DNA of 32,000 bases from Desulfotalea psychrophila LSv54 (GTDB lineage: Bacteria > Desulfobacterota > Desulfobulbia > Desulfobulbales > Desulfocapsaceae): NCBI RefSeq assembly GCF_000025945.1, contig NC_006138.1, positions 3,300,001 through 3,332,000 of the forward strand, read 5' to 3'. This document shows positions 1 to 9,382 of the stretch, piece after piece (within the stretch, counting starts at the first letter, position 1; each line of letters starts with the position of its first letter). Below the pieces are notes generated by a model that was given only the letters and a program-made list of their open reading frames with translations, searched no databases and was not told the origin of the DNA. Both the position numbers and the translations under genes were made by a program.

Positions 1-1538
1 AGAACATCTTGCACCATCTGCCTGTCAAAACCATGGGCTACAATTTCCTCACAGCCACAACCATCCTCCAGATGAAGTTCAAGTACCCGGTCAAGAACAT
101 CATAGTCAGGCAGATCATCCTGATCACACTGGTCTGGTTTAAGCTCAGCAGAGGGTGGCTTAGAAATAGTATTCTCAGGGATTATCTCACCATGACGATT
201 GACATAACGGGAGAGGGCATAGACCAATTGCTTGGGCACGTCACTGATAACGGCAAGTCCACCGTTCATATCACCGTAGAGGGTGCAGTAGCCCACCGCC
301 ATTTCACTCTTATTTCCCGTGGTCAGGAGCAACTTATTAAATTTATTGGACAGGGCCATAAGCAGGTTGCCACGAATTCTAGCCTGAAGATTCTGTTCTG
401 TCACATCCTCTTCCAGCCCCGTAAATATCGGGGCAAGACTTGATTCAAAGGCATAAAAAAGATCCTTTATAGGAATCATCTTAAAATCACAGCCCAAATT
501 CTCAGCCAGAGACTGGGCATCATCATAGGATCCACCGGAACTATACTGAGAAGGCAGGGCCACACCCTGAACGTTCTCTGCCCCGAGGGCGTCAACTGCA
601 ATGGCGGCGGTAAGAGCTGAATCAATGCCGCCTGAAAGGCCCAGAACCACAGAGGTGAAACCGCACTTTCTTATATAATCACGCACACCGAGAACCAGGG
701 CCTGATAGACACTCTCCTCAGGGCTGGCCAGAGGTCGAGGAGGCGCTGAACACTCCTGAGACTCCGTATCATAGACCAAAAGGTCTTCGGCACAGGATGC
801 GGCCTCTCCCAAGACCTCACCTCTTTCTGAAATGGCAAGGCTACCCCCATCAAAGATAAGAGAATCCTGGCCCCCCACCTGATTACAGTACAGAAATGGC
901 GCCCCCAGGGCTAGAGCAGACTCGGCAAAAATCCGGCGACGCTGGGCCTCTTTGCCACGCTGAAAGGGGGAGGCAGAGATATTAATCACAGCTGCAAGAG
1001 AAATGTTCTTCTCCCGGCAACTCTCAACCATTCCCGAAACCGGAGAGAGGGCGTAGTGACCAACCTCATCGTGCCATACGTCTTCACAGATGGTTACCCC
1101 AAAGGTAGTCCCCCCGAGGGTATAAAACTTTTCACTTTCCTCTGCCCGACCCGGCTCAAAATAACGGCTCTCGTCAAAAACATCATAGGTGGGCAGAAGC
1201 TGCTTTCGCCTTCGATAAACGACTCTCCCCTCCCGAGCCACAAGGACAGAATTATAGAGGGCTCTGCCCCCCTTACCTTCACGTTTTTCCACAGCGCCAA
1301 ACATAACATCAATGCCTGGAAGTTCTCCCAATAGACGATCTAGGGCAGCCTGGTGTTCTTCAATAAAAACAGATCGTTCCAGTAAATCAAGAGGCGGATA
1401 ACCAGAAACGGCGAGTTCAGGAAAAACGACAAGGGAGCACCCTGCCTCCTGAGCCTTCGTGGCCCAAGAAACTATTTTTTTACAGTTATGGGCAAAGTCA
1501 CCAATGAGCGGATTATATTGAACAAGTCCTATTTTCAC
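1..1538 (-). CDS. nadE: Glutamine-dependent NAD+ synthetase (CN-hydrolase domain plus NAD synthetase domain); the 3' end runs off the window
   Basis: Absent from the ORF track because it has no stop inside the window. My translation of the minus strand starts at GTG 1538, with GGAG 8 nt upstream. It reads VKIGLVQYNPLIGDF..VVFPELAVSGYPP..GVTICEDVWH..VVLGLSGGIDSAL..GNKSEMAVGYCTLYGDMNGG and stays open to base 1. It has the SGGIDS PP-loop and nitrilase-type blocks. Track ORFs 671..853 and 1094..1312 are internal fragments of this frame. Confidence 0.9.
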   Translation of the reverse strand, partial: MKIGLVQYNPLIGDFAHNCKKIVSWATKAQEAGCSLVVFPELAVSGYPPLDLLERSVFIEEHQAALDRLLGELPGIDVMFGAVEKREGKGGRALYNSVLVAREGRVVYRRRKQLLPTYDVFDESRYFEPGRAEESEKFYTLGGTTFGVTICEDVWHDEVGHYALSPVSGMVESCREKNISLAAVINISASPFQRGKEAQRRRIFAESALALGAPFLYCNQVGGQDSLIFDGGSLAISERGEVLGEAASCAEDLLVYDTESQECSAPPRPLASPEESVYQALVLGVRDYIRKCGFTSVVLGLSGGIDSALTAAIAVDALGAENVQGVALPSQYSSGGSYDDAQSLAENLGCDFKMIPIKDLFYAFESSLAPIFTGLEEDVTEQNLQARIRGNLLMALSNKFNKLLLTTGNKSEMAVGYCTLYGDMNGGLAVISDVPKQLVYALSRYVNRHGEIIPENTISKPPSAELKPDQCDQDDLPDYDVLDRVLELHLEDGCGCEEIVAHGFDRQMVQDV

Positions 1539-1731
1539 GTGCTATTCTCCATATTCGCCCTTTATCCAAGCAAATAAAACATATTTAATCTATTGCCAGT
1601 GGTCTTAAACAGGCTCCTTTTAATAAGGAGCAGGAAAACCCTGTTTGCAGAAAATGCCTTTTACCAAGAGCCCCTTACCTGCACTCAAGGTAGACCGGCA
1701 CCTCTCTCATTTAAAGAGAAACCACAAATAA

Positions 1732-2817
1732 TCAATTGATCCCTATCTGACCAGTTTTTTCTCCATCTCTCTCTTTTTTGAGTTTTCGCCGATAGTTATA
1801 GACAGCCCTATTATGATCTCGAAGGTTGGTCGAAAAGACATGGGTACCATCGTTATTGGAGACAAAATAGAGATAGCTGTTTTTCTCCGGTTGCAGTACC
1901 GCCTGCAGGGCCTTTTCGCCGGGATTACAGATAGGGCCCCGGGGAAGGCCTGGGATAGAGTAGGTATTATAGGGAGTTTTGCGGCGCAGATCAGTTCTGG
2001 TAATCGGGCCCTGATGCTCATCAAGGCCGTAGAGAACCGTCGGGTCAGATTGCAAACGAATACCTCTTTTTAACCGATTATAAAAAACGCCTGCAATACG
2101 GGGCTGTTCCATAGCCACCCTTGCCTCCTCCTCCACGAGGGAGGCGAGAGTGACAAGCTGTAAACGGCTGTACTCGCCAGCCGCCTCACGACCTGCGACA
2201 AGCCTGCGCCAAACAACGGAGAAGCGATGGACAAGAATTGGTATAATGGCCTCCGCCCCATGGATATTACGGGTAAGATAGTAGGTATCCGGATAAAGAT
2301 AACCCTCAAGAGAGGGCAAAGGGGCAAGCCCCAGAGAGGCGATAAATACCTCGTCTCTTGCCAGGCTGATAAAACGCTCAGCATCACACCAATCATCAGC
2401 GGCAAAGATGGCGGCAAGCTCCTCTATCCTCAGCCCTTCAGGTACAGTTACACTGTGCTGAACAGGCTTTGCTACAACCAATTGACGAAGCAACTCCACG
2501 GGCCTACGTTCAACGGGCAAGGCAAACTCACCCGCCTTGACCTGACGGGCAAGACCAAGATAACGGGCCATAAGGGCAAAACGGAGATCATCGTTGACAA
2601 GCCCTGCCCCGGCAAGAATTTTCTGGATTCTGGGAAAAGAAGCTCCACGCGGAATATTGACCACAACTTGGGAGGGGGAGTCCAAAATAGGAGGGGCGGG
2701 AGTTTGCAGATAGGAGTACAACCAGGCAAAAAAAATACCAATTGCCAAAAAAAGAAAGAGGGTCGCGCCAAGCACGACCCGTTTCACAATACCATATCGA
2801 AGGATTTTACCATTCAT
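1732..2817 (-). CDS. mltG: Endolytic murein transglycosylase MltG (YceG family)
   Basis: 361-aa ORF with an N-terminal TM segment (VVLGATLFLFLAIGIFFAWLY). The C-terminal YceG signature is KTPYNTYSIPGLPRGPICNPGEKAL..YLYFVSNNDGTHVFSTNLRDHNRAV. Confidence 0.88.
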   Translation of the reverse strand: MNGKILRYGIVKRVVLGATLFLFLAIGIFFAWLYSYLQTPAPPILDSPSQVVVNIPRGASFPRIQKILAGAGLVNDDLRFALMARYLGLARQVKAGEFALPVERRPVELLRQLVVAKPVQHSVTVPEGLRIEELAAIFAADDWCDAERFISLARDEVFIASLGLAPLPSLEGYLYPDTYYLTRNIHGAEAIIPILVHRFSVVWRRLVAGREAAGEYSRLQLVTLASLVEEEARVAMEQPRIAGVFYNRLKRGIRLQSDPTVLYGLDEHQGPITRTDLRRKTPYNTYSIPGLPRGPICNPGEKALQAVLQPEKNSYLYFVSNNDGTHVFSTNLRDHNRAVYNYRRKLKKERDGEKTGQIGIN

Positions 2818-2826
2818 AATGGGACG

Positions 2827-5230
2827 TTACTTTTTTAATGCCTTGTTTTTCTTTGTCCGCCCAAAGGCGACCTCAATGACCTCATCCATATGCTTTACTG
2901 GAAAGAACTGCATTTTATCCAGGATGTTTTTAGGTATCTCAACAAGATCTTTTTCGTTCTGAGCAGGGATGATTACCTTATTGATACCGGCACGAAGTGC
3001 TGCAATGGCCTTTTCCTTAAGTCCACCAATGGGCAAAACTCGGCCACGCAGGGTCACCTCACCGGTCATGGCCAGAGCCGAAACAATCTTGGTCTTAGTT
3101 ATGGCAGACCAAAGCGCTGTGGCCATGGTGATACCCGCAGAAGGACCATCTTTAGGAATCGCACCAGCCGGGACATGAATATGCAGATCTATCTTATCAA
3201 AATATTCAGCAGCAACCCCCAACTCCTCGGTACGACTTCGACAGTAGGTAAGCGCCGCCTGAGCTGACTCCTTCATGACATCGCCAAGCTGACCGGTAAG
3301 AGAGAGCTTCCCCTTGCCTGGCATGACGTTGATTTCAATCTGGAGAATTTCACCGCCAAATTCTGTCCAGGCAAGCCCTGTCACCAAACCAGGCTCTTCA
3401 AGACGCTCAAGATCAGACTCCGGAATCAACTTCGGAGGTCCCAGATATTTATACACATTTTTCAGAGTAATATTATATGGTCCCTTTCCGCCCTCGGCCA
3501 CCTTACGGGCAACCTTACGACAAACGGTGCCTATTTCACGTTCAAGACTACGCAGACCAGCCTCATAGGTATAGTGACTAACAATATGCTCCAAGACCTT
3601 ATCATCCATTTGCAAATGTCTTGCCTTCAAACCATTTTGCCTTACCTGCCGAGGCAGTAGATATCTTCTGGCAATAGCTATCTTCTCTTCAAGGGTGTAG
3701 CCGGAAAGACGAATTATCTCCATCCGATCAAGAAGAGGGCCGGGAATGGTATCCGTCATATTGGCCGTAGTGATAAACATCACCTGGGACAGGTCCATGG
3801 GGATATCCAGGTAGTTATCTACGAAATCAGAGTTCTGTTCCGGATCAAGCACCTCAAGCAGGGCAGAGGATGGATCGCCACGATAATCAGAGCCAACCTT
3901 ATCAATTTCATCCATCATAAAAACTGGATTATTGGTTGCGACAGTTTTCAAGCCCTGAATAATTCGGCCGGGCATTGCCCCGATATAGGTACGACGGTGA
4001 CCACGAATCTCGGCCTCATCCCGCATACCACCAAGGGAAAGTCTATGAAATTTTCTTCCCATGGCCCGAGCTACAGATTTACCAAGAGATGTCTTACCAA
4101 CACCTGGAGGGCCAACAAAACAGAGAATAGGTCCCTTAAGATCTTTATTGAGCTTGCGTACGGCAAGATACTCAACAATACGTTCTTTTACCTTATCCAG
4201 ACCATAGTGATCTTCATCAAGCACCTTTTTGGCGTGCTTCAGATCAAGCAGATCCTTAGTGGCTTTTTTCCAGGGGTACATCAAGGATCCAATCAATATA
4301 GGTACGAATAACTGTTGCCTCTGAAGAATCAGGATGCATCATCTCCATCCGACTCAGCTGTTTATTCGCCTCTTTACGCACGGCCTTGGACATCTTGGTC
4401 TTACGAATCTTCTTTTCAAGCTCATCCAGTTCCTGGCCACGCTCATCCGGATCACCAAGTTCTTTTTGTAGGGCATGAATCTGTTCACGAAGATAGTACT
4501 CTCGCTGTGAACGGGTCATCTCCTCCTTTGCCTCATTCTGGATCTTTGCCTGAACAGTCGAAACGGCAAGCTCACGGGCAAGAAGTTTATTCACCACGGT
4601 CAGGCGTTTTACCTGATCTGTCTCCTCCAGAACTTCCTGTCCCTCACTGACCTTCAGGCGCAGATTAGAACCGACAAGATCGGCCAGACGACCGGGCTCT
4701 TCTATATTATTAATAATCATCATCAGATCGGCCGAGAGTACCCCGCGTAGAGACATTATCTTCTCTGTCTGCTCACGCACGTTTCTCATCATAGCCTCTA
4801 CCTGAACAGAGATCTCCGGTAGCTCAATATCCTCAAGCACCTCAACCTTAGCCTGATAAAACGGCTCTTCCTTGACAACCTCGGCAACCCGAGCCTTGCT
4901 TACAGCCTGTACCAACACCTTCAATCGCCCATCGGGCAATTTCAGGGTACGCATCACCATACAGACCATACCGACTTTATAGAGATCGTCCTTACCAGGA
5001 TTATCTTTGGTCGCATCTTTTTGCGTAACAAGCATAAGTAGCTTATTGGTATTCATGGCCTCGTTCACCGCTTCAACAGAGCTTGGACGCCCAACAAAAA
5101 GCGGAAGAATCATATAGTTAAATACGACCACATCCCGAACCGCCATCATGGGTAATACTTCTGGGATCTCCAGATCTTCATTACTAGAGAAATCATCCAT
5201 GCTTATACTTAGCGCATCATTAAATTCCAC
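2827..5230 (-). pseudogene. lon: ATP-dependent Lon protease (La), interrupted by a 1-nt frameshift. The N-terminal ORF is 4256..5230 and the AAA+/protease ORF is 2827..4296
   Basis: GTG start at 5230 with GGAGG 6 nt upstream. The first ORF carries the LON N-domain (VLPMMAVRDVVVFNYMILPLFVGR). The second carries Walker [10 protein letters not shown] and the protease block PKDGPSAG. Total span is 2404 nt (3x801+1). The two frames meet at ..YIDWILDVP / [25 protein letters not shown], which is contiguous in intact Lon proteins. Confidence 0.9.
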
Positions 5231-5287
5231 TCCAACCTCCTAAAAAAAGCGGTGGATCAACCCATGAGGATCAATCATTATCTCGTA

Positions 5288-5308
5288 AAATTGTTCCATG
5301 AACAATTT
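5288..5308. promoter_or_regulatory. Perfect inverted repeat AAATTGTTC-CAT-GAACAATTT in the divergent lon / hexapeptide-gene promoter region
   Basis: Read directly: 9-bp arms with a 3-nt spacer, 58-78 nt upstream of the lon GTG. Could be an operator or a 5'-UTR hairpin. It does not match CIRCE or the LexA boxes I know. Confidence 0.3.
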
Positions 5309-5594
5309 GTCTCTTTCTTAAAACTTCATCATCACAAAGCTGATATAATCAAAACCACAAAAGGCCTACCAGGGATACCAACAATTTTAAACAAAATCGC
5401 CCGAAATTTTAAACATCGAAGACAACTAAGTCAAGGAGGCGGATATCAAGTTCACAACAAAAAGTCATTTTACCTTGCAGCTATTTCCTCTTTTAAGGAT
5501 ACTGCCTAAGGAATATTTTTCCTTCAATCTATCAAGAGCTTAGTCATTGAGAGTAAGAGCATCCCGCTCTACTGTTCTAAAATTTAACTACCAC

Positions 5595-5613
5595 GACCTG
5601 TTAAAAACAGGTC
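5595..5613 (+). promoter_or_regulatory. Perfect hairpin/palindrome GACCTGTT-AAA-AACAGGTC just upstream of the RBS of the 5629 gene
   Basis: Read directly: 8-bp arms, ending 7 nt before the GGAG and 15 nt before ATG 5629. Confidence 0.25.
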
Positions 5614-5628
5614 AACTTTGGAGATTTC

Positions 5629-6426
5629 ATGTTACATCCCGCATCTTTTTTCAACCTCACACTCTTTAAACACCAGAACCTCTTCCCCGCCGAGGCACCT
5701 GTCTGGACAGCCTTGACCAGACTCAAAAGCTATATGAATAAGTACCGCTACCCACAGATGAGCCATCCTCTTCTCAAGCCTGGCCTTCCCCTACCCGAGC
5801 CACTTATCTGGCACGAGGAGAGGCTCATTTCCACCCAGGGTAAAGAGATTGTTCTCGGTGATGCCTGCAAGCAGGGACTCATCATAAAGGATAATGGCCG
5901 GATACTTGAAGGGGCAAGTCTTATTATGGCCGGGGCAAGCCTGATAGGTGACCAGATATCCCTTGGCAAAGGAGTTCTGGTGGAGACAGGAGCCATGATA
6001 AAGTCTCCGACAATAATCGGCGATTACTGTGAGATCCGCCAGGGGGCATACCTCCGCGGCTATTGCCTGGCAGGAGCAGGCTGTGTACTCGGTCATAGCA
6101 CCGAAATAAAGCACTCTATTATGCTTGATGGAGCGAAGGCAGGCCACTTCAACTATCTCGGTGACTCCATCCTCGGCAACAACACCAACCTCGGGGCGGG
6201 GACAAAGCTTGCCAACCTGCGTTTTCTCCCCGGCAACGTCCATATCCTACACGATAAGAAACAGATAGATAGCGGATTAAGGAAATTTGGTGCTATAATG
6301 GGAGACGATAGTCAGACGGGTTGTAACTCGGTGACAAGTCCCGGCACCGTTTTAGGAAAAAAATGTATGCTTATGCCCAACACAACAACAAAATCAGGAT
6401 ATCATCCTGATAAAACAAGAATATAA
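5629..6426 (+). CDS. Left-handed beta-helix (hexapeptide-repeat) transferase resembling the GlmU C-terminal domain; stand-alone, with no nucleotidyltransferase domain
   Basis: 265-aa ORF with GGAG 7 nt upstream of the ATG. Repeated [LIV]-G-x4 hexapeptide pattern (IGDYCEIRQGAYLRGYCLAGAGCVLGHSTEIKHSIMLDGAKAGHFNYLGDSILGNNTNLGAGTKLAN). Confidence 0.6.
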   Translation: MLHPASFFNLTLFKHQNLFPAEAPVWTALTRLKSYMNKYRYPQMSHPLLKPGLPLPEPLIWHEERLISTQGKEIVLGDACKQGLIIKDNGRILEGASLIMAGASLIGDQISLGKGVLVETGAMIKSPTIIGDYCEIRQGAYLRGYCLAGAGCVLGHSTEIKHSIMLDGAKAGHFNYLGDSILGNNTNLGAGTKLANLRFLPGNVHILHDKKQIDSGLRKFGAIMGDDSQTGCNSVTSPGTVLGKKCMLMPNTTTKSGYHPDKTRI

Positions 6427-6438
6427 GTCACAGCGCTC

Positions 6439-7974
6439 ATGAAATATCTCTCCCATATTTTTTCGTTTGCGAGCTGCATTATGGCTCTACTGCTTGTTGG
6501 ACAGACGGGCCTTGCCCAAACTCCACCGCCACTCAAGCTCACCAGCAGACCCCTCGCTTCAGAACATTTCTTTAGTGATTCCGGAAAAATAGAAAAGAGA
6601 CGCTTCATCCGCTTCCTGGTCCCCTACAGCAAAACATTTTTCTTTTTGGATGGAGCCCAGCCTCGTGGGCTCATCTACGACCGAATCATGGCCTTTGAAA
6701 GGGCACTCAACAAAAAGCTAAAGACCAAGCATATAAAGATCCACGCCGTCCTCATTCCCACCCCACGGAAAAAACTGCTCGAAGGCCTGATGACAGGCAA
6801 GGGCGACGTTGCGGCTGGCAACCTCACCATTACCCCAGAACGACTCAAGAAGGTAGACTTCACAAAGCCATTTCTCACCGGGGTCAACGAACTACTGGTC
6901 ACCAACCAGCTTAGCCGCCAATACAGGACTGTTTTCGAGCTGACGGGTAGCACAATCTATGTTAGAAAATCAAGCAGTTACTATACAAGCCTACGAAAAA
7001 CAAACCTCATCCTCGCAGATTATAGATTGGCCCCGATCAAAATAGAGTCCATAGATGATCGACTTGAAGATGAGGACATCTTGGAACTGGTCAATGCCAA
7101 TATCATAGAAAAAACCGTTGTCGACCAGCACAAAGCAGATTTCTGGGCAGAGATTTTTCCCTCTATACGGGTCCAGCATAGAATAAAGATCAGTAGCGGC
7201 GGAGAAATTGCCTGGGCCACCCGCAAGGATAACCCCTTCCTCAACAAAGAGATAAATGAATTTGTCAGAAAAAACAGAGAGGGCACCCTGGCGGGCAATA
7301 TGCTCTTTCGAAAATACCTAAAAAAAACGGACTATATCGCCAATATCCTTCAGGACGATACGGCCTACAAAAAGCTCCTCCCCACCTTTAAAAAATACGG
7401 CAAGGAGTACAATTTTGACTATTTTCTCCTTATTGCCCTTGCCTATCAGGAGTCACGACTCAATCAAAGCGCCAGGAGCAACATGGGTGCGGTGGGAATC
7501 ATGCAAATACTGCCATCTACGGCCCAGAGCAAGTACGTAAACATCAAAGACATCCACACCATCGACGCCAATATCCATGCAGGAACAAAATACCTGCGTT
7601 TCATCGCCGATAGATACTTCCCCGCTTCGGAAAACATAAGTAGCCTTGATCGGGCATTTTTTACCTTTGCCTCATATAATGCCGGCCCGGCAAGAATTTC
7701 GGCAATTCGCAAAAAAGCCGCCAAGAGCGGATATAATGCCAATATATGGTTTCAAAATGTGGAAATAACAGCAGCAAAAGAGATAGGCCGGGAGACGGTA
7801 CAGTACGTCAGCAATATTTTTAAATACTATACGGCCTACAGTCTTCTGGCCAATACAGAGAGCAACAAAATAAAAGAGTCCTGGCTACTGGGTGAGCCGG
7901 TGAGTAACTCGCCGACACTGCAGACACCTAGCAGCCATAAGTGGCTCTCAACAGATAATAAAAGAGAGCCCTAG
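6439..7974 (+). CDS. mltF: Membrane-bound lytic murein transglycosylase F-like protein (periplasmic solute-binding-like domain plus SLT domain)
   Basis: 511-aa ORF with a signal peptide (CIMALLLVGQTGLAQT). The N-terminal half is type-3 SBP-like. The SLT catalytic block is LIALAYQESRLNQSARSNMGAVGIMQILPSTA..SYNAGPARI. Confidence 0.8.
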   Translation: MKYLSHIFSFASCIMALLLVGQTGLAQTPPPLKLTSRPLASEHFFSDSGKIEKRRFIRFLVPYSKTFFFLDGAQPRGLIYDRIMAFERALNKKLKTKHIKIHAVLIPTPRKKLLEGLMTGKGDVAAGNLTITPERLKKVDFTKPFLTGVNELLVTNQLSRQYRTVFELTGSTIYVRKSSSYYTSLRKTNLILADYRLAPIKIESIDDRLEDEDILELVNANIIEKTVVDQHKADFWAEIFPSIRVQHRIKISSGGEIAWATRKDNPFLNKEINEFVRKNREGTLAGNMLFRKYLKKTDYIANILQDDTAYKKLLPTFKKYGKEYNFDYFLLIALAYQESRLNQSARSNMGAVGIMQILPSTAQSKYVNIKDIHTIDANIHAGTKYLRFIADRYFPASENISSLDRAFFTFASYNAGPARISAIRKKAAKSGYNANIWFQNVEITAAKEIGRETVQYVSNIFKYYTAYSLLANTESNKIKESWLLGEPVSNSPTLQTPSSHKWLSTDNKREP

Positions 7975-7980
7975 GAGGGG

Positions 7981-9381
7981 CTAGCCCCTCTCCTCTCGTA
8001 AAACGGCAAGAACCTCTGCCGTCTTCAACTCCATAAGCGCCCTATCCCCCCTTGACTCTACATTAAGGCGAACAACAGGTTCGGTATTAGAACTGCGCAG
8101 ACTAAAGCGCCACTGCCCCATCGGCTCAGCAAAGGAGAGAGAGATACCATCGGTATAATCGGAGGCAACAGCCTGTCCCTTATACCTCTCAAGAACCCGT
8201 TCAATGGACTCCTTCGGCTGAGCAAGTTTAGAGTTAATCTCACCCGATGAGGGAAAGGCAGCGATACGGGCAGCCACCATCTCGGAGAGCTTTACCCTCT
8301 TCACAGAGAGAAGCTCCAAAACCAAAAGCCAAGGAATCATACCGCTATCACAGTAGGCAAAGTCACGAAAATAGTGATGCGCACTCATTTCACCCCCATA
8401 GACAGCATCCTCCCGTCGCATTCGCTCCTTGATAAAAGCATGCCCTGTTTTACAGAGAATAGCCTGACCGCCACAGGAGGCAACAACCTCTTCGGTATTC
8501 CAGGTGAGACGGGGATCGTAGATGATCTTCTCTCCTGCACTCTTTTGCAAAAATGCCTCGGCAAGAAGACCGACGACATAGTAACCATCAACAAAGCTCC
8601 CATTTTCGTCAAAGAGAAAACAGCGATCAAAATCACCATCCCAGGCAATACCCATGGTCGCCCCCGTACTCTTCACCATGGAGGAGGTAGCCTGACGACA
8701 CTCCGGCAAGAGGGGGTTGGGAATGCCATTGGGAAAGGATCCATCTGCTTGGTGGTGGACCTTAACAAACTGCACCGGCACCCCTCTCTCCTCAAAGATC
8801 TTCTCTAAGGCATCTACCACATGACCGGCTACCCCGTTCCCCGAATTCACCACCAATTTTGTTGGTTGCAAGAGGCTCAGGTCAATATAGCCGAGAAGAT
8901 GATCCACATAGGCGGCAAGGGTTGATCCCTGAGAATAAACGCCCTTGGTAACCTGCTCATGAGAGGGATCCTGCCATGGCTGCCTTTCTGCCAGCTCCTT
9001 TATGGCAAAGAGCCCCGTGTCTCCGGAGATAGGCCTACTCTCCTCACGGACAAACTTAAGACCATTATAATCGATGGGATTATGGGAAGCAGTAACCTCT
9101 ATACCTCCATCAAATTCCAGATATTTGGTGGCAAAATAAATTTCTTCTGTGCCAACAAGACCAATATCGAGGACATCAACACCTGCATCCATAAGCCCCT
9201 CTGCCAGGGCAAGCTTAAGACTCTCGGAGGTCTGACGAATATCACCGCCCACAACCACTCGCCTCGGTTTAAGATATTCACCATAGGCCCGGCCAATCCG
9301 GTAGGCAATACCCGTGTCCAACTGAGAACCAAGCCGACCCCGAACATCATAGGCAGTAAAACAGGTTAATTCCGTAGTCAT
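7981..9381 (-). CDS. manB: Phosphomannomutase/phosphoglucomutase
   Basis: TASHNP phosphoserine loop ([15 protein letters not shown]) and metal loop [16 protein letters not shown] place the start at ATG 9381 ([15 protein letters not shown]), 33 nt inside the track ORF. This gives TAACATG spacing with the manC stop. Confidence 0.85.
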   Translation of the reverse strand: MTTELTCFTAYDVRGRLGSQLDTGIAYRIGRAYGEYLKPRRVVVGGDIRQTSESLKLALAEGLMDAGVDVLDIGLVGTEEIYFATKYLEFDGGIEVTASHNPIDYNGLKFVREESRPISGDTGLFAIKELAERQPWQDPSHEQVTKGVYSQGSTLAAYVDHLLGYIDLSLLQPTKLVVNSGNGVAGHVVDALEKIFEERGVPVQFVKVHHQADGSFPNGIPNPLLPECRQATSSMVKSTGATMGIAWDGDFDRCFLFDENGSFVDGYYVVGLLAEAFLQKSAGEKIIYDPRLTWNTEEVVASCGGQAILCKTGHAFIKERMRREDAVYGGEMSAHHYFRDFAYCDSGMIPWLLVLELLSVKRVKLSEMVAARIAAFPSSGEINSKLAQPKESIERVLERYKGQAVASDYTDGISLSFAEPMGQWRFSLRSSNTEPVVRLNVESRGDRALMELKTAEVLAVLREERG

Positions 9382-9382
9382 G

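Noticed and set aside
4256-4296. Programmed +1 ribosomal frameshifting in lon at CCC-C.
   Set aside because: CCC-C can support a tRNA-Pro +1 slip. However, the next 0-frame codon is an ordinary CUG, not a stop or rare codon. I see no upstream SD-like stimulator at the right distance, and no recoding is known for lon. A homopolymer error or a real lesion is more parsimonious. It is kept as a finding only in that form.
5252-5509. An 85-aa ORF in the lon / hexapeptide-gene divergent region. A similar one is at 22174..22359 upstream of ftsY.
   Set aside because: They lie in AT-rich promoter-like sequence with no SD. The composition (K/I/F/H-rich) is typical of non-coding AT-rich DNA translated by chance.
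7972-7990. Palindrome GAGGGGC-TA-GCCCCTC between the stop codons of the convergent mltF and manB, overlapping the manB stop; the stops are 6 nt apart.
   Set aside because: With 7-bp arms and a 2-nt centre it can only form a short hairpin. It is most simply a compact bidirectional terminator or chance symmetry. mpl and the Hpt gene likewise converge with a 3-nt gap and no structure.
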